DNA of 64,000 bases from Chiloscyllium plagiosum (taxonomy: Eukaryota). Positions 36,101 to 48,064 of the stretch are shown in pieces. Both the position numbers and the translations under genes were made by a program. The stretch is from the NCBI RefSeq assembly GCF_004010195.1, contig NC_057750.1, forward strand, positions 1,337,262-1,401,261. Direction: 5' to 3'. Each line of letters begins with the position of its first letter. Positions within the stretch are counted from its first letter, which is position 1. The notes under the pieces are model-generated. The model was not told where the DNA came from, made no database searches, and saw nothing but the letters and a program-made list of their open reading frames with translations.

Positions 36101-38992
36101 ACTGAGGGAGGATTGCACTGAGGGAGGGTTGCAGTGAGGGAGGGCTGCACTGAGGGAGAGTTGCACTGAGGGAAAGTTGCACTGAGGAAGGGTTGCACTA
36201 AGGGAGAGTTGCACTGAGGAAGGGTTGCACTGAGGGAGAGTTGCACTGAGGGAGATTTGCACTGAGGGAGGACTGAACTGAGGGAGGGCTGAACTGAGGG
36301 AGGATTGCACTGAGGGAGGACTGAACTGAGGGAGGATTGCACTGAGGGAGGACTGAACTGAGGGAGGGTTGCACTGAGAGAGGATTGCAGTGAGGGAGGG
36401 TTGCACTGAGGGAGGATTGCAGTGAGGGAGGGTTGCACTGAGGGAGGGTTGCACTGAGGGAGGATTGCAGTGAGGGAGGGTTGCACTGAGGGAGGATTGC
36501 AGTGAGGGAGAGTTGCACAGAGGGAGGGTTGCACTGAGGGAGGATTGCACTGAGGGAGAGTTGCACTGAGGGAGGACTGAACTGAGGGAGGACTGAACTG
36601 AGGGAGGATTGCACTGAGGGAGAGTTGCACTGAGGGAGAGTTGCACTGAGGGAGGGTTGCACTGAGGGAGAGTAGCACTGAGGAAGGATTGCACTGAGGG
36701 AGAGTTGCACTGAGGGAGAGTTGCACTGAGGAAGGATTGCACTGAGGGAGAGTTGCACTGAGGGAGGGTGGCACTGAGGGAGGATTGCACTGAGGGAGAG
36801 TTGCACTGAGGGAGGACTGAACTGAGGGAGGACTGAACTGAGGAAGGGTTGCACTGAGGGAGAGTTGCACTGAGGCAGGACTGAACTGAGGGAGGGTTGC
36901 ACTGAGGGAGAGTTGCACTGAGGGAGGATTGCACTGAGGGAGGGTTGCAGTGAGGGAGGGTTGCACTGAGGGAGGACAGAACTGAGGGAGGATTGCACTG
37001 AGGGAGGGTTGCACTGAGGGAGGGTTGCACTGAGGGAGGATTGCACTGAGGGAGGATTGCACTGAGGGAGGGTTGCAGTGAGGGAGGGTTGCACTGAGGG
37101 AGAGTTGCAGTGAGGGAGGGTTGCACTGAGGGAGAGTTGCACTGAGGGAGAGTTGCACTGAGGGAGGGTTGCACTGAGGGAGGATTGCAGTGAGGGAGGG
37201 CTGCACTGAGGGAGGATTGCAGTGAGGGAGAGTTGCACTGAGGGAGGGTTGCACTGAGGGAGGATTGCACTGAGGGAGAGTTGCACTGAGGAAGGACTGA
37301 ACTGAGGGAGGACTGAACTGAGGGAGAGTTGCACTGAGGGAGGACTGAACTGAGGGAGGGTTGCACTGAGGGAGAGTTGCACTGAGTGAGAGTTGCACTG
37401 AGGGAGGATTGCACTGAGGGAGAGTTACACTGAGTGAGAGTTGCACTGAGGGAGGATTGCACTGAGGGAGAGTTGCACTGAGGAGGACTGAACTGAGGGA
37501 GGACTGAACTGAGTGAGAGTTGCACTGAGTGAGGATTGCACTGAGGGAGAGTTGCACTGAGGGAGAGTTGCACTGAGGGAGGACTGAACTGAGGGAGGAC
37601 TGAACTGAGGGAGAGTTGCACTGAGGGAGGATTGCACTGAGGGAGGATTGCAGTGAGGGAGGATTGCACTGAGGGAGGATTGCACTGAGGGAGGGTTGCA
37701 CTGAGGGAGGGTTGCACTGAGGGAGGATTGCAGTGAGGGAGGATTGCACTGAGGGAGGATTGCACTGAGGGAGGGTTGCACTGAGGGAGAGTTGCACTGA
37801 GGGAGATTGCACTGAGGGAGGATTGCACTGAGGGAGGATTGCACTGAGGGAGAGTTGCACTGAGGGAGTTTGCACTGAGGGAGGATTGCAGTGAGGGAGG
37901 GTTGCAGTGAGGGAGGGTTGCACTGAGGCAGGATTGCACTGAGGGAGGATTGCACTGAGGGAGAGTTGCACTGAGGCAGGATTGCACTGAAGGAGGATTG
38001 CACTGAGGGAGAGTTGCACTGAGGGAGAGTTGCACTGTGGGAGGATTGCAGTGAGGGAGGGTTGCAGTGAGGGAGGATTGCAGTGAGGGAGGGTTGCACT
38101 GAGGGAGGTTTGCACTGAGGGAGAGTTGCACTGAGGGAGAGTTGCACTGAGGGAGGGTTGCAGTGAGGGAGAGTTGCACTGAAGGAGAGTTGCACTGAGG
38201 GAGAGTTGCACTGAGGGAGGATTGCACTGAGGGAGGATTGCAGTGAGGGAGAGTTGCACTGAGGGAGGATTGCACTGAGGGACGAATGCAGTGAGGGAGG
38301 ATTGCAGTGAGGGAGGGTTGCACTGAGGGAGGGTTGCACTGAGGGAGGATTGCACTGAGGGAGGGTTGCAGTGAGGGAGAGTTGCACTGAAGGAGAGTTG
38401 CACTGAGGGAGAGTTGCACTGAGGCAGGATTGCACTGAGGGAGGATTGCACTGAGGGAGAGTTGCACTGAGGGAGAGTTGCACTGAGGGAGGATTGCACT
38501 GAGGGAGGATTGCAGTGAGCGAGAGTTGCACTGAGGGAGGATTGCACTGAGGGACGAATGCAGTGAGGGAGGATTGCAGTGAGGGAGGGTTGCACTGAGG
38601 GAGGGTTGCACTGAGGGAGGATTGCACTGAGGGAGGGTTGCAGTGAGGGAGGGTTGCACTGAGGGAGGATTGCATTGAGGGAGGATTGCAGTGAGGGAGG
38701 GTTGCACTGAGGGAGGGTTGCACTGAGGGAGAGTTGCACTGAGGGAGAGTTGCACTGAGGGAGGATTGCACTGAGGAAGGATTGCAGTGAGGGAGGGTTG
38801 CACTGAGGGAGGGTTGCACTGAGGGAGAGTTGCACTGAGGGAGGACTGAACTGAGGGAGGATTGCACTGAGGGAGAGTTGCACTGAGGGAGAGTTGCACT
38901 GAGGGAACGTTGCACTGAGGGAGAGTTGCACTGAGGGAGAGTTGCACTGAGGGAGGATTGCACTGAGGGAGAGTTGCACTTCGGGAGGGTTG
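36101..38992 (+). repeat. 16-bp minisatellite, about 180 units, ACTGAGGGAG(AGTTGC/GATTGC/GGTTGC/GACTGA)
   Basis: 16-nt period; minus-strand ORFs cycle every 16 aa (48 nt = 3 units). Confidence 0.98.
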
Positions 38993-39189
38993 TTCATTTT
39001 ATTAACTTTCACTGAGTTGAGAAGTCAGTGTATCATTTGATCTGTGCTGGAGCGAACCTTCTAGTGACCCTTCTAATTCAGTTGCTGTCCGCTTTGATTT
39101 GATCACATGGGTACAAGGAACAGATTCCCATCACCATCTCAGAGCAACCAGAATGGGCTGATTTGATCGACTCCTCCAGGGACTGATGT

Positions 39190-39695
39190 TTTTTGTCCAT
39201 CCTTAATTGCCCCCTTGAGAAGGTGGGGGTGATCTGCCTTCTTGACCCGCTGCAGTCCATGTGCTGTGGGTAGACCCACAATGCCCTTAGGGAGGGAATT
39301 TCAGGATTCTGACCCAGTGACACTGAAGGAACGGCGATATATTTCCCCGTCAGGATGGTGAGGGGCTCAGAGGGGAACTTGCAGAGGGTGGTGTTCAATG
39401 TATCTGCTGCCCTTGTCCTTCTCGATGGAAGTGGTCATGGGTTTGGAAGGAGCTGTCTGAGGATCTCTGGTGAATTTTTGCAATGCATCTTGTAGATGGT
39501 ACACACTGCTGCTACTGAGCATCGGGGGTGAAGGGAGTGGGTGTTTGTGGATGTGTTGCCAATCAAGTGGGGGCTGCTTTGTCCTGGATGGTGTTGAGCT
39601 TCTTGAGTGTTGTTGGAGCTGGCCCCATCCAGGGCAAGTGGGAGTATTCCATCACACTCCTGACTTGTGCCTTGTAGATGGTGGATAGGCTTTAT
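39190..39695 (-). mobile_element. CR1/L2-group LINE 3' fragment (same family as 10255, 19075 and 51345)
   Basis: CCTTAATTGCCCCCTTGAGAAGGTGG...CCCTTAGGGAGGGAATTTCAGGATTCTGACCCAG. Confidence 0.8.
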
Positions 39696-39984
39696 AGTGG
39701 AGGAATTACAATTTCATCCACATTCCAAAAATAAATAATAAAGATAATGTCAGCAGTTGAGAGGCCATTAATAAGACCCAAATGTGAAGAAAGAGTCCAT
39801 TGTTCAGGAAGCCCTGGTCACTAATCTCCCAACTCCTCCTGGACATCAGGGGGTAGTGCGGAATAGAGCTGAAAGCAAGATTGTACAAGATTGGGATCAG
39901 CTGCTGGGTACATATAAAAAGGCATCAACAGCTGGAAAAAGGGCAGGCCCCATGGAAATATACCCCATCAAGCAGTTAGCTAGG

Positions 39985-40355
39985 AAAGGATACCCTGAAG
40001 ATATAAAAATTAGGGTATAGATCGGGTTAATGGTAGTTGTCTTTTCCCTAGGATGAGGGATCTCAAGACTCAGGGGCACATTTTTAAGGTGAGAGGAGAG
40101 AGATTTAAAAAAGCCATGACTGCAGATCTTTTACACAAAGGATGGTTCAAGTGTGGAATGAACTTCCTGAGGAAGTGATGGATATGGGAACAATTTCTAT
40201 GTTTAAAAGGCATTTAGATAGTCACATGAATAGGAAAGGTTTAGAGAGAAATGGGTCAGGAGCAGGCAGCTGGGACTAGTTTAGTTTGGGATTATGGTCA
40301 TCATGGTCTGGTCAGGCCGAAGGGTCTGTTTCCATGCTGTATGACTCTATGACTC
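39985..40355 (+). mobile_element. CR1 3' end
   Basis: GTGTGGAATGAACTTCCTGAGGAAGTG...TATGACTCTATGACTCTA tail. Confidence 0.85.
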
Positions 40356-40965
40356 TAAGAGAGCAAAGAGGACTGACTGGGAATTTTTTCCAGAGAGAGC
40401 CAGCACAAAGCCGACAGACTGAAAGGCTTTCCTGTGTGTTGCAACCATTTTACGATTTGATGAGAAAAACTGAAGAGACTCACAATACCCCAGAATCATT
40501 TCACCATCGTGCAGTCTACACAGGAAAACCAATCAGCAATCCAATATGATGTAACTCAATTGTAATTCGATGGAATGCTGATTACAGTCAGAGAGGTGCA
40601 AATAGAGGTCAGAGGTACAGTCAGACAGAGTCCTTTCCCTTCACTGGTTGCTGCTCCTTATCATCACTTAATGATCAGTTTCAACTGAGCGATGTTATTT
40701 ATCAAAGTCAATAGATTTGCAGTTGCTCAGAATAGGGAAGGGACCTGTTGCAAACACTGATGTTAAAATTTAACCAGAATTTTAATGGGCATTTTCGTGC
40801 ATGGCTACCCTGCTCACTAGCTGGACTGATGGAAATATTTTCTCAGTGTACCTGACCCTCTCTGCTCAGGGCTTTCTGCTACACTGTCTAAAACACCCAT
40901 CAATGGATACGAGAGGTTGTTGTGAAGACAGGCTGAACATGGAGCTCTGAGCTCTTAATTAGAGA

Positions 40966-41155
40966 ATGATGTGGAGGTGCTGGTGTCAGACTGGAGGGAA
41001 CAAAGTCAGAAGTCACACGACACCAGATTATAGTCCAACAGGTTTATTTAAAATCACAGGCATTCAGAGCTCTGCCCCTTCCTCAGGTCTCCAAAAGCTT
41101 GTGATTTTAAATAAACTTGTTTGATGATAACCTGGTGTCATGTGATTTCTGACTC
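40966..41155. mobile_element. Palindromic Penelope-derived element (family B, degenerate)
   Basis: Arms AGTCAGAAGTCACACGACACCAG...CTGGTGTCATGTGATTTCTGACT plus tail; no clear TSD. Confidence 0.75.
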
Positions 41156-41267
41156 AAACAAAGAAGAGATGTCTTTAGAATAATGGAAGGGTTACTGAAG
41201 GTCATTGGAGTAATTATTCTTACCATTAGTGAAGAGTCCAACACTAGATTCGACAGTTAGTGATAAA

Positions 41268-41860
41268 GGCAATGGTGTATTGGTAATGTCACTGGTCTAG
41301 CAATCCAGAAACCAGGCTGGCGCTCGGGGATATGATTTTGAATCCCATCAGAACCAATGGTGACATTTCAATAAAGTCTGGAATTACAGGCTGGTCCAAT
41401 AGCCACCATCAACTAAAACCCATCTGCTTCACCAATGCCCTTTAGGGAGAGAAATCTGCCACCCTTACCTGGTCTGGCCTACATGTGACTCCAGACCCAC
41501 AGTGATGTGGTTGACTCTTAACCGCTCTCTGAAAGAGCTAAGCAAGCAACTCAGGCAGAAGATTCATGCACCAGCAGGTTCAGGGATAGCTTCATTCCCA
41601 GCTGTTATCAGACACTGTCTAGCCTCAAATAATGCTGACCGTGCTAGTGTTGGTGTTGCCTAGTGCACGCCCTGTGCAGTGTAACCTTTATGCCTCTGTC
41701 TAAGTCTCTCTGATCTGTACATCCTTGCTCACTATGTTCTCCCTGTACTGCTCATAAACATAATGTTTCACTGTAACTCGGTACATGTGACAATAAATCA
41801 ATCAACCAATCAATCAGTGCAAGGGGCAATTAGGGATGGGCAATAAATGCTAGGCCAATA
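41268..41860 (+). mobile_element. S2 tRNA-SINE interrupted by a Rex-like LINE tail (~41555-41817)
   Basis: S2 head and body, then insert ending (CAAT)n, then S2 tail GGGCAATTAGGGATGGGCAATAAATGC. Confidence 0.75.
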
Positions 41861-44227
41861 GGAAGTAAGCTAGTCACTAACCAATCCTGTCAGGAATTTA
41901 GTATAAACTTGTATCCAAATGTAGTGAAAATGTGAAAGTCATCACTATAGGGAATGGGGGAGAGGGCGAGGGAATGGTATATTATTAATAAACTTATGAA
42001 GAAGCTGGAAAAACACATGAGGGAGAATGGAATGGGAGAGATGCTGATAAAATGAAATAGGAAGGGAAGAAGGCTCAGCTAAAGAATGAATATCAGCACA
42101 GATCTGTTGGGCTGAATGGCCTGTTTCTACACTGTACACTCAGTGGAACAAACAAGGCTCCTCCTTCTGGAGAGTTGAGCTGGCAGCACAGTTAATCTCC
42201 TCAGACAGCAACCCAACAAAGATGGTTCTTGGGGCAAAGACATCCTCAGTTCTCCCAACTATAGTCTTACAACAAGAAACTCACCCTGAATTGGACAGTG
42301 ATCAACTGTATCACTGAGCATGGTTTCAGGATAACTGGAGTGGGAAATGGAGAAGTGTTACAATGATTCAGTATGGGGCGTTGCGCTGAGTCCAGGTGAG
42401 CAGTTTCGCTGGGCCAGTGTAGAAGGAGCTTTAATCTGTATAAAAGCAAACACAGAATCCTGGATTAACTGAGTCAGGTCTGGCAGAGAGAAACACAGCT
42501 AACATTCTGAATGCTACACGACTCGTTGTCAGCGTAGCAATTTGCAGTCAGTCACAGTTCGGGACTCAAAATGTAAACTCACTTTCTGTCTCCACAGATA
42601 CTGCCAGTGTTAGAATCTGTATCTGGTCTATCACATAAAACCCAAATTTAAACTAATATCTCTTCTGGAAATGGGGAAGGTTGAGTCAGCTACCTCTTTC
42701 AAAACCCATCTGCTTTTATTCCCCATTGGTATTAAAATCAGACAGGGTATAAATCCATTGTTTAACCTGAACACCGCATTCATTCTGCGTGGGTTAGATT
42801 AATTCCCGCTCATATACACTGACAGTGTGCCCTGCTGTACATATTACTGGTGTCTGTGCCGGGCTGGATGTTAAGCTGATTGGAGCTCTGTTATTGCATC
42901 CTGGAATGAAGATTTCTGTAGCACTTGGCTACACTGTCAGGATGATGTTGTAGTTCTATATTTGCTTTGGGTTGGGCACACTTGACCTGGAAGGTAATGC
43001 TGCTGTCAACAGCACAATTGGAAAAGGATGATTTGTGATGCAAGATGGAAGATCCTTAACTCCTCAAGCTGTTGTTGTCTCTCACCTTGAACGGCAGACA
43101 TTTCAAGAGTGAAAAAACACAATGTGATAGATATCGGCAGCCTTCCAGCATCACATATCCAGCCGATGCGGCTCAAGCACTAATTACTGTTCCACTGTCT
43201 GTCTCCCAACGCAAGTGCAAATATTGAAGGATGAAACTCGTCTCTACCAATGCAATCCTTCACGTTAATGACCCAGACAAATTTCACAGCCGCTTGTATC
43301 TGTCAATGAAACACGGTATAATTTCTGTCATTGATTGCCATCTTGTATCTGCCCGTGTGCCTGGTGATGTAATTAGAGCCAGGAACAATAATTCCTCATA
43401 ACGAGGAGAGGAATTGCAGAGTGCCAGACTCTCAGCTGAGAAGTAATGGTGAACTAACGTGGGAGAGATTCCATGCTGAAGTTGGCCAAGCCAATGGACA
43501 TCGCCAGTGAGAGACCATACAGCAGAGGAGTTGTGACTGGTGCAGACCACAGGAGGGAGCCACTCATCATCTCTGGGCACAAAGCGTAGGCCCATGAGAG
43601 AGTCAACTTACAAGGTGTCGAGCCAACTTGGCACAATAGTTCTGGTTGAAAAAAAATGGGCAAGGGTTTTGGTGCGATTCATGTTGTGAATTTTTCACAG
43701 CCCTCATTACACCGCGCGCTGTGGGCTCTCGAACGTGAAAAGAGCCATCAGCCCATCTGGTTTCAAACTTGGCAAGGATCATCTTTGCATTTACGTAGTG
43801 CCTCATTACGCAAACATTTGACACACTGAAATGGTCTAAATCCAGGAATCGCTTACTTCGGCTTCATTCATTTGACTCCAAACAAATTCGCAGATACCCC
43901 CATCAAATTCCGGGTTTCACCAGTAAGCCTATTCCTAGTTTCCTCCCCTGTTCTAAAGTTCACTCCCTGAGGACACTCCAGCTCAGTCCCCCTGCTCACC
44001 TGCCATTGGGTGGTTAAGAGATGATGCTGAAGGAGCGGGGGCAGCACAGTGTCTCAGTGGTTAGCACTGCTGCCTCACAGCACCAGGAATTGGCACTCCC
44101 TCAGGGTAACTGCCACAGAAGATGAATTTAATGTTTTTTTGGACTCAGTTAGGGTTCACGTCACACAGACATTTGCAGTGAACTGCTGGATGGAATCAGA
44201 TCTCACACAATCAATATCCTGTGAAAC

Positions 44228-45254
44228 TAAAAGAAGACAGAGGGTGGTGGTTGATGGGAAATGTTCATCCTGGAGCTCAGTTACCAGTGGTGTGCCGCAA
44301 GGATCTGTTTTGGGGCCACTGCTGTTTGTCATTTTTATAAATGATCTGTATGTGGGTGTAGAAGGATGGGTTAGTAAATTTGAGTAGGCAAAGATGTGGA
44401 TAGTGCAGAAGGATGTTGTAGGTTACAGAGAGACATGGATAAGATGCAGAGCTGGGCTGAGAGGTAGCAAATGGAGTTTATTGCAGAAAAATGTGAGATA
44501 GTTCTCTTGGGAAGAAGTAACAGGAATGCAGAGTACTGGGCTAGTGGTAAAATTCTTGGCAATGTAGATGAACAGAGAGATCTCTGTGTCCAGGTGCATA
44601 AATCCCTGAAAGTTGCCACCCAGGTCGATAGGATTGTTAAGAAGGCATATGGTGTGTTAGCTTTTATTGGTAGAAGGATTGGGTTTCAGAGCCACGAGGT
44701 CATGCTGCAGCTGTACAAGACACTGGTGTGGCCACACCTGGAATATTGCATACAGTTCTGGTCACCGCATTATAGGGAGGATGTGGAAGCTTTGGAAAGG
44801 GTTCAGAGGAAATTAACTAGGATGTTGCCTGGTATGGAGGGAAGGTCTTACAAGGAAAGGCTGAGGGACTTGAGGCTGTTTTCATCAGAGAGAAGATTGA
44901 GAGGTGACTTAATCGAGACATATAAGATAATCAGAGGGTTAGATCGGGTGGACAGTGAGAGCCTTTTTCCTCAGATGGTGATAGCTAGTACAAGGGGACA
45001 TAGCTTTAAATTGAGGGGTGATAGATATAGGACAGATGTCAGAGGTGGTTTCTTTACTCAGAGAGTAGTAGGGGCGTGGAATGGCCTATCTGCAACAGTA
45101 GTAGACTCGCCGAAGTTAAGGGCATTTACATGGGCATTGAAAAGGCACAGGGATGAAAATGGAATAGTGTTGGTTGGATGGGCTTCAGATTGGTTCCACA
45201 GGTCAGCGCAATATCGAGGACCAAAGGGACTGTACTGCGCTGGAATGTTCTATA
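44228..45254 (+). mobile_element. CR1 LINE RT C-terminal half plus 3' UTR
   Basis: [45 protein letters not shown]. Confidence 0.95.
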
Positions 45255-45257
45255 GCT

Positions 45258-45610
45258 CATAGAATCCCTACAGTGCAGAGAGAGGCCATTTGATGCACCA
45301 AGTTTGCACTGACCCTCTGAAGAGCACTAACCCACCAGGCCCCCTCCTCTAGCTCTGTAACCCTGCTGTTCCCATGACTAACCCACCTAACCTGCACATC
45401 TCTGGACACTATGGGCATTTTAGCGTGGCCAATTCACCTTAACCTGCACATGTTTGACTGTGGGAGGAACCCGGAGCACCAGGAGGGAACCCGCGCAGAC
45501 ACGGGGAGAATGTACAAACTCCACACAGACAGTTGCCTGAGGCTGGAATCGAACACAGGTCCCTGGCGCTGTGAGGCAGCAGTGCTAACCACTGAGCCAC
45601 CATTGTGCCC
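45258..45610 (-). mobile_element. HE1-type V-SINE
   Basis: Full head to tail. Confidence 0.9.
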
Positions 45611-45719
45611 AACTCCTTGAGCATCATCTCTTAATCACCTGATTGCATTGACAGGAGCAGTCGAAAAGGGGGCATGATCTGGAAACTTCTCAGGGACGGC
45701 CAGGGAATGAACTCTAGAA

Positions 45720-46580
45720 AGGGCATAGAAATTAGGAGTGGGCCATTCAGCCCTTCAAGCCTGCTCTAATATTCAATATGATTATGGTTGATTTTGTACC
45801 TCAGTACCATATTTCCACTTTCTCCCCTTACCCCTTGATACCTTGAAAACCTAAAGATTTATTATTCTCTCTCTTGTCCATACTCTGTGACCCAGCATCC
45901 GCAGCTTTCTGTGGGAGAGAATTCCACCCCTTTGAGTGAAGAAATCTTTCTTCATCTTGGTTCTAAATGGCCTCCCCTGTTTCCTGAGACTTTGTCCCCT
46001 TGTTGTAGATTCCCCACCCGGGGGCAAATACCATCCCTGCATCTAGTCTGTCCAGCCCTGAGAGAATTTTATCCATTTCCATCAGATACCCTCTCATCGT
46101 TCTAAACCCTAGTGAATACACACCCAGCCAAACTAATCTCTCCTCAGTTAAAAATTACACAACACCAGGTTATAGTCCAACAGATTTATTTGGAAGCACT
46201 AGCTTTCGGAGCACAGCTCAGCTCCCTGATGAAGGAGCAGCTGATGAAGAGACAGCATACCGAGAGCTAGTGCTTCCAAATGAAACTTTTGGACTATAGC
46301 CTGGTGTGTGATTTATAACTTTGTACACCCCAGTCCAATACTGGCATCTCCAAATCATAATCTCTCCTCATCAGACGGTCCTGCCATCCCCAGTATCAGT
46401 ATAATGAACCTTCACTGCACTCCCTGTTTGGCAGTATATTCTGCAAAACTACCCACAATACTCCAGGTGTGGTCTCACCAAGGCCTTGTGTGACTGGAGC
46501 AGGACATCCCAACTTGTGTAGTCAAACCTTTTACAGTGAAGACAAACATATCCTTTGTCTTCCTGATCACTTGCTGCAAC
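45720..46580 (-). mobile_element. Older CR1 3' fragment interrupted by a family-B element
   Basis: TRGQSLRKQGRPFRTKMKKDFFTQR on minus. Confidence 0.75.
46147..46357. mobile_element. Palindromic Penelope-derived element (family B)
   Basis: Inverted arms, two CTGATGAAG cores, tail; 13-bp TSD TAATCTCTCCTCA at 46134-46146 and 46358-46370. Confidence 0.85.
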
Positions 46581-47780
46581 CAAAGAGTTGTCATCAAATA
46601 CTCAGAGTGAAATGCTTGATGGAGTACGATGGATGGATCAGATGAAACTTTTCTTACTCATGTTTTTGGATAGCTCCCAGGTAAGTGGAAGGTGGATAAA
46701 GGAGGATTCATTGCAGCAGTCAGTTCTTCTTGGCTAGAGTTCATTTTGTGGTTCAACTGATGTTTATACCGTTTTGGATACTGTTGGGTGGAATAACTTA
46801 CCAGGAATAAGCCATGGGGCACAGGTCTCTGGCACAGTCTGTCCGTGTTGCTCAGAGGGGAAGGGGGGAAATGAGCAGAGCATTAGTCATTGGGGATTCT
46901 ATAGTTGAGGGGACAGATAGGAGGTTCTGTGGGAATGAGATAGACTCACAATTATTGTATATCCTCCCACATGCCAGGGTTCATAATGTCTCGGATCATC
47001 TTTCCGGGATCCTTGAGGGGGAGGGAGTGCAGCCCCAAGTCATGGTCCACATCGGCACCAGTGACAGGTAGGAAAAGGGATGGGGGATTTAAGGCAGAAA
47101 TTCAGGGAGCTAGGGTGGAAGCTTGGAGCTAGAACAAACAGAGTTGTTGTCTCTGGTTTGTTGCCTGTGCCACATGCTAGTGAAGCAAGGAATAGGGAGA
47201 GAGAGGAGTTGAACACGTTGCTGCAGGGATGGTTAGGATTCATTCTGGAGTAGATGGGACCTCTACAAACAGGATGATCTACACCTGAACCAGAGGGGTA
47301 CCAATATCTGGGGGGGATGCTTGCTAATGCTCTAACTGAGGGTTTAAGCTAATTCAGCAGGGAGATGGGAACCTAAAGTGTAGCTCCAGTGTCCAGGACG
47401 TTGAGAGCAGTGAGGTCAGAAATGAGGTTTCAAGATTGCAAGAGTTCACCGACAAGCGGGAAAGTGGTTTTGAAGTGTGTTTACTTCAACACCAGGAGCA
47501 TCCAGAATAAGGTGGGTAAACTTGCAGCATGGGTTGGTACCTGGGACTTCGATGTTGTGGCCATTTCAGAGATATTGACAGAGCAGGGTCATGAATAGTT
47601 GTTGCAGGTTCCGGGATTTAGATGTTTCAGTAAGAACAGAGAAGATGGTAAAAGAGGGGGAGGTGTGGCATTGTTAGTCAAGGACAGTACTACAGTGGCA
47701 GAAAGGATGTTTGAGGACTCGTCAACTGAGGTAGAATGGGCTTAGATTAGAAACAGGAAGGGACAGGTCACCCTGCTGGG

Positions 47781-48064
47781 AGTTAAAAATCACACAACAC
47801 CAGGTTATAGTCCAACAGATTTGTTTGGAAGCACTAGCTTTCGGAGCGTTGCTCCTTCATCAGGTGGTTGTGGAGTATAAGATCATAAGACACAGAAATT
47901 TGCTATAAATTCTGTGTCTTATGATCTTATACTCCACAACCACCTGATGAAGGAGCAACACTCTGAAAGTTGATGCTTCCCAATAAACCTGTTGGACTAT
48001 AACCTGGCGTTGTGTGATTTTTAACTTTGTACACCCCAGTCCAACACCGGCATCTAAAAATCAT
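47781..48064. mobile_element. Palindromic Penelope-derived element (family B) inside the CR1 endonuclease region
   Basis: ~115-bp arms around ~47897-47910, tail to 48064; no long TSD seen. Confidence 0.88.
47832..47866 (-). ncRNA. Minimal hammerhead ribozyme motif, intact
   Basis: CAC-CUGAUGA-A-GGAGC(AAC)GCUCC-GAAA-GC-UA-GUG; stem I CAC/GUG, palindromic AGCU at helix III. Confidence 0.75.

Noticed and set aside
36083..39012. Very long ORFs (954, 971, 512, 394 aa) as mucin-like proteins
   Set aside because: All three minus frames are open because the 16-bp unit lacks stop codons on that strand; the frames give the same rotating peptide, which is a repeat artefact.
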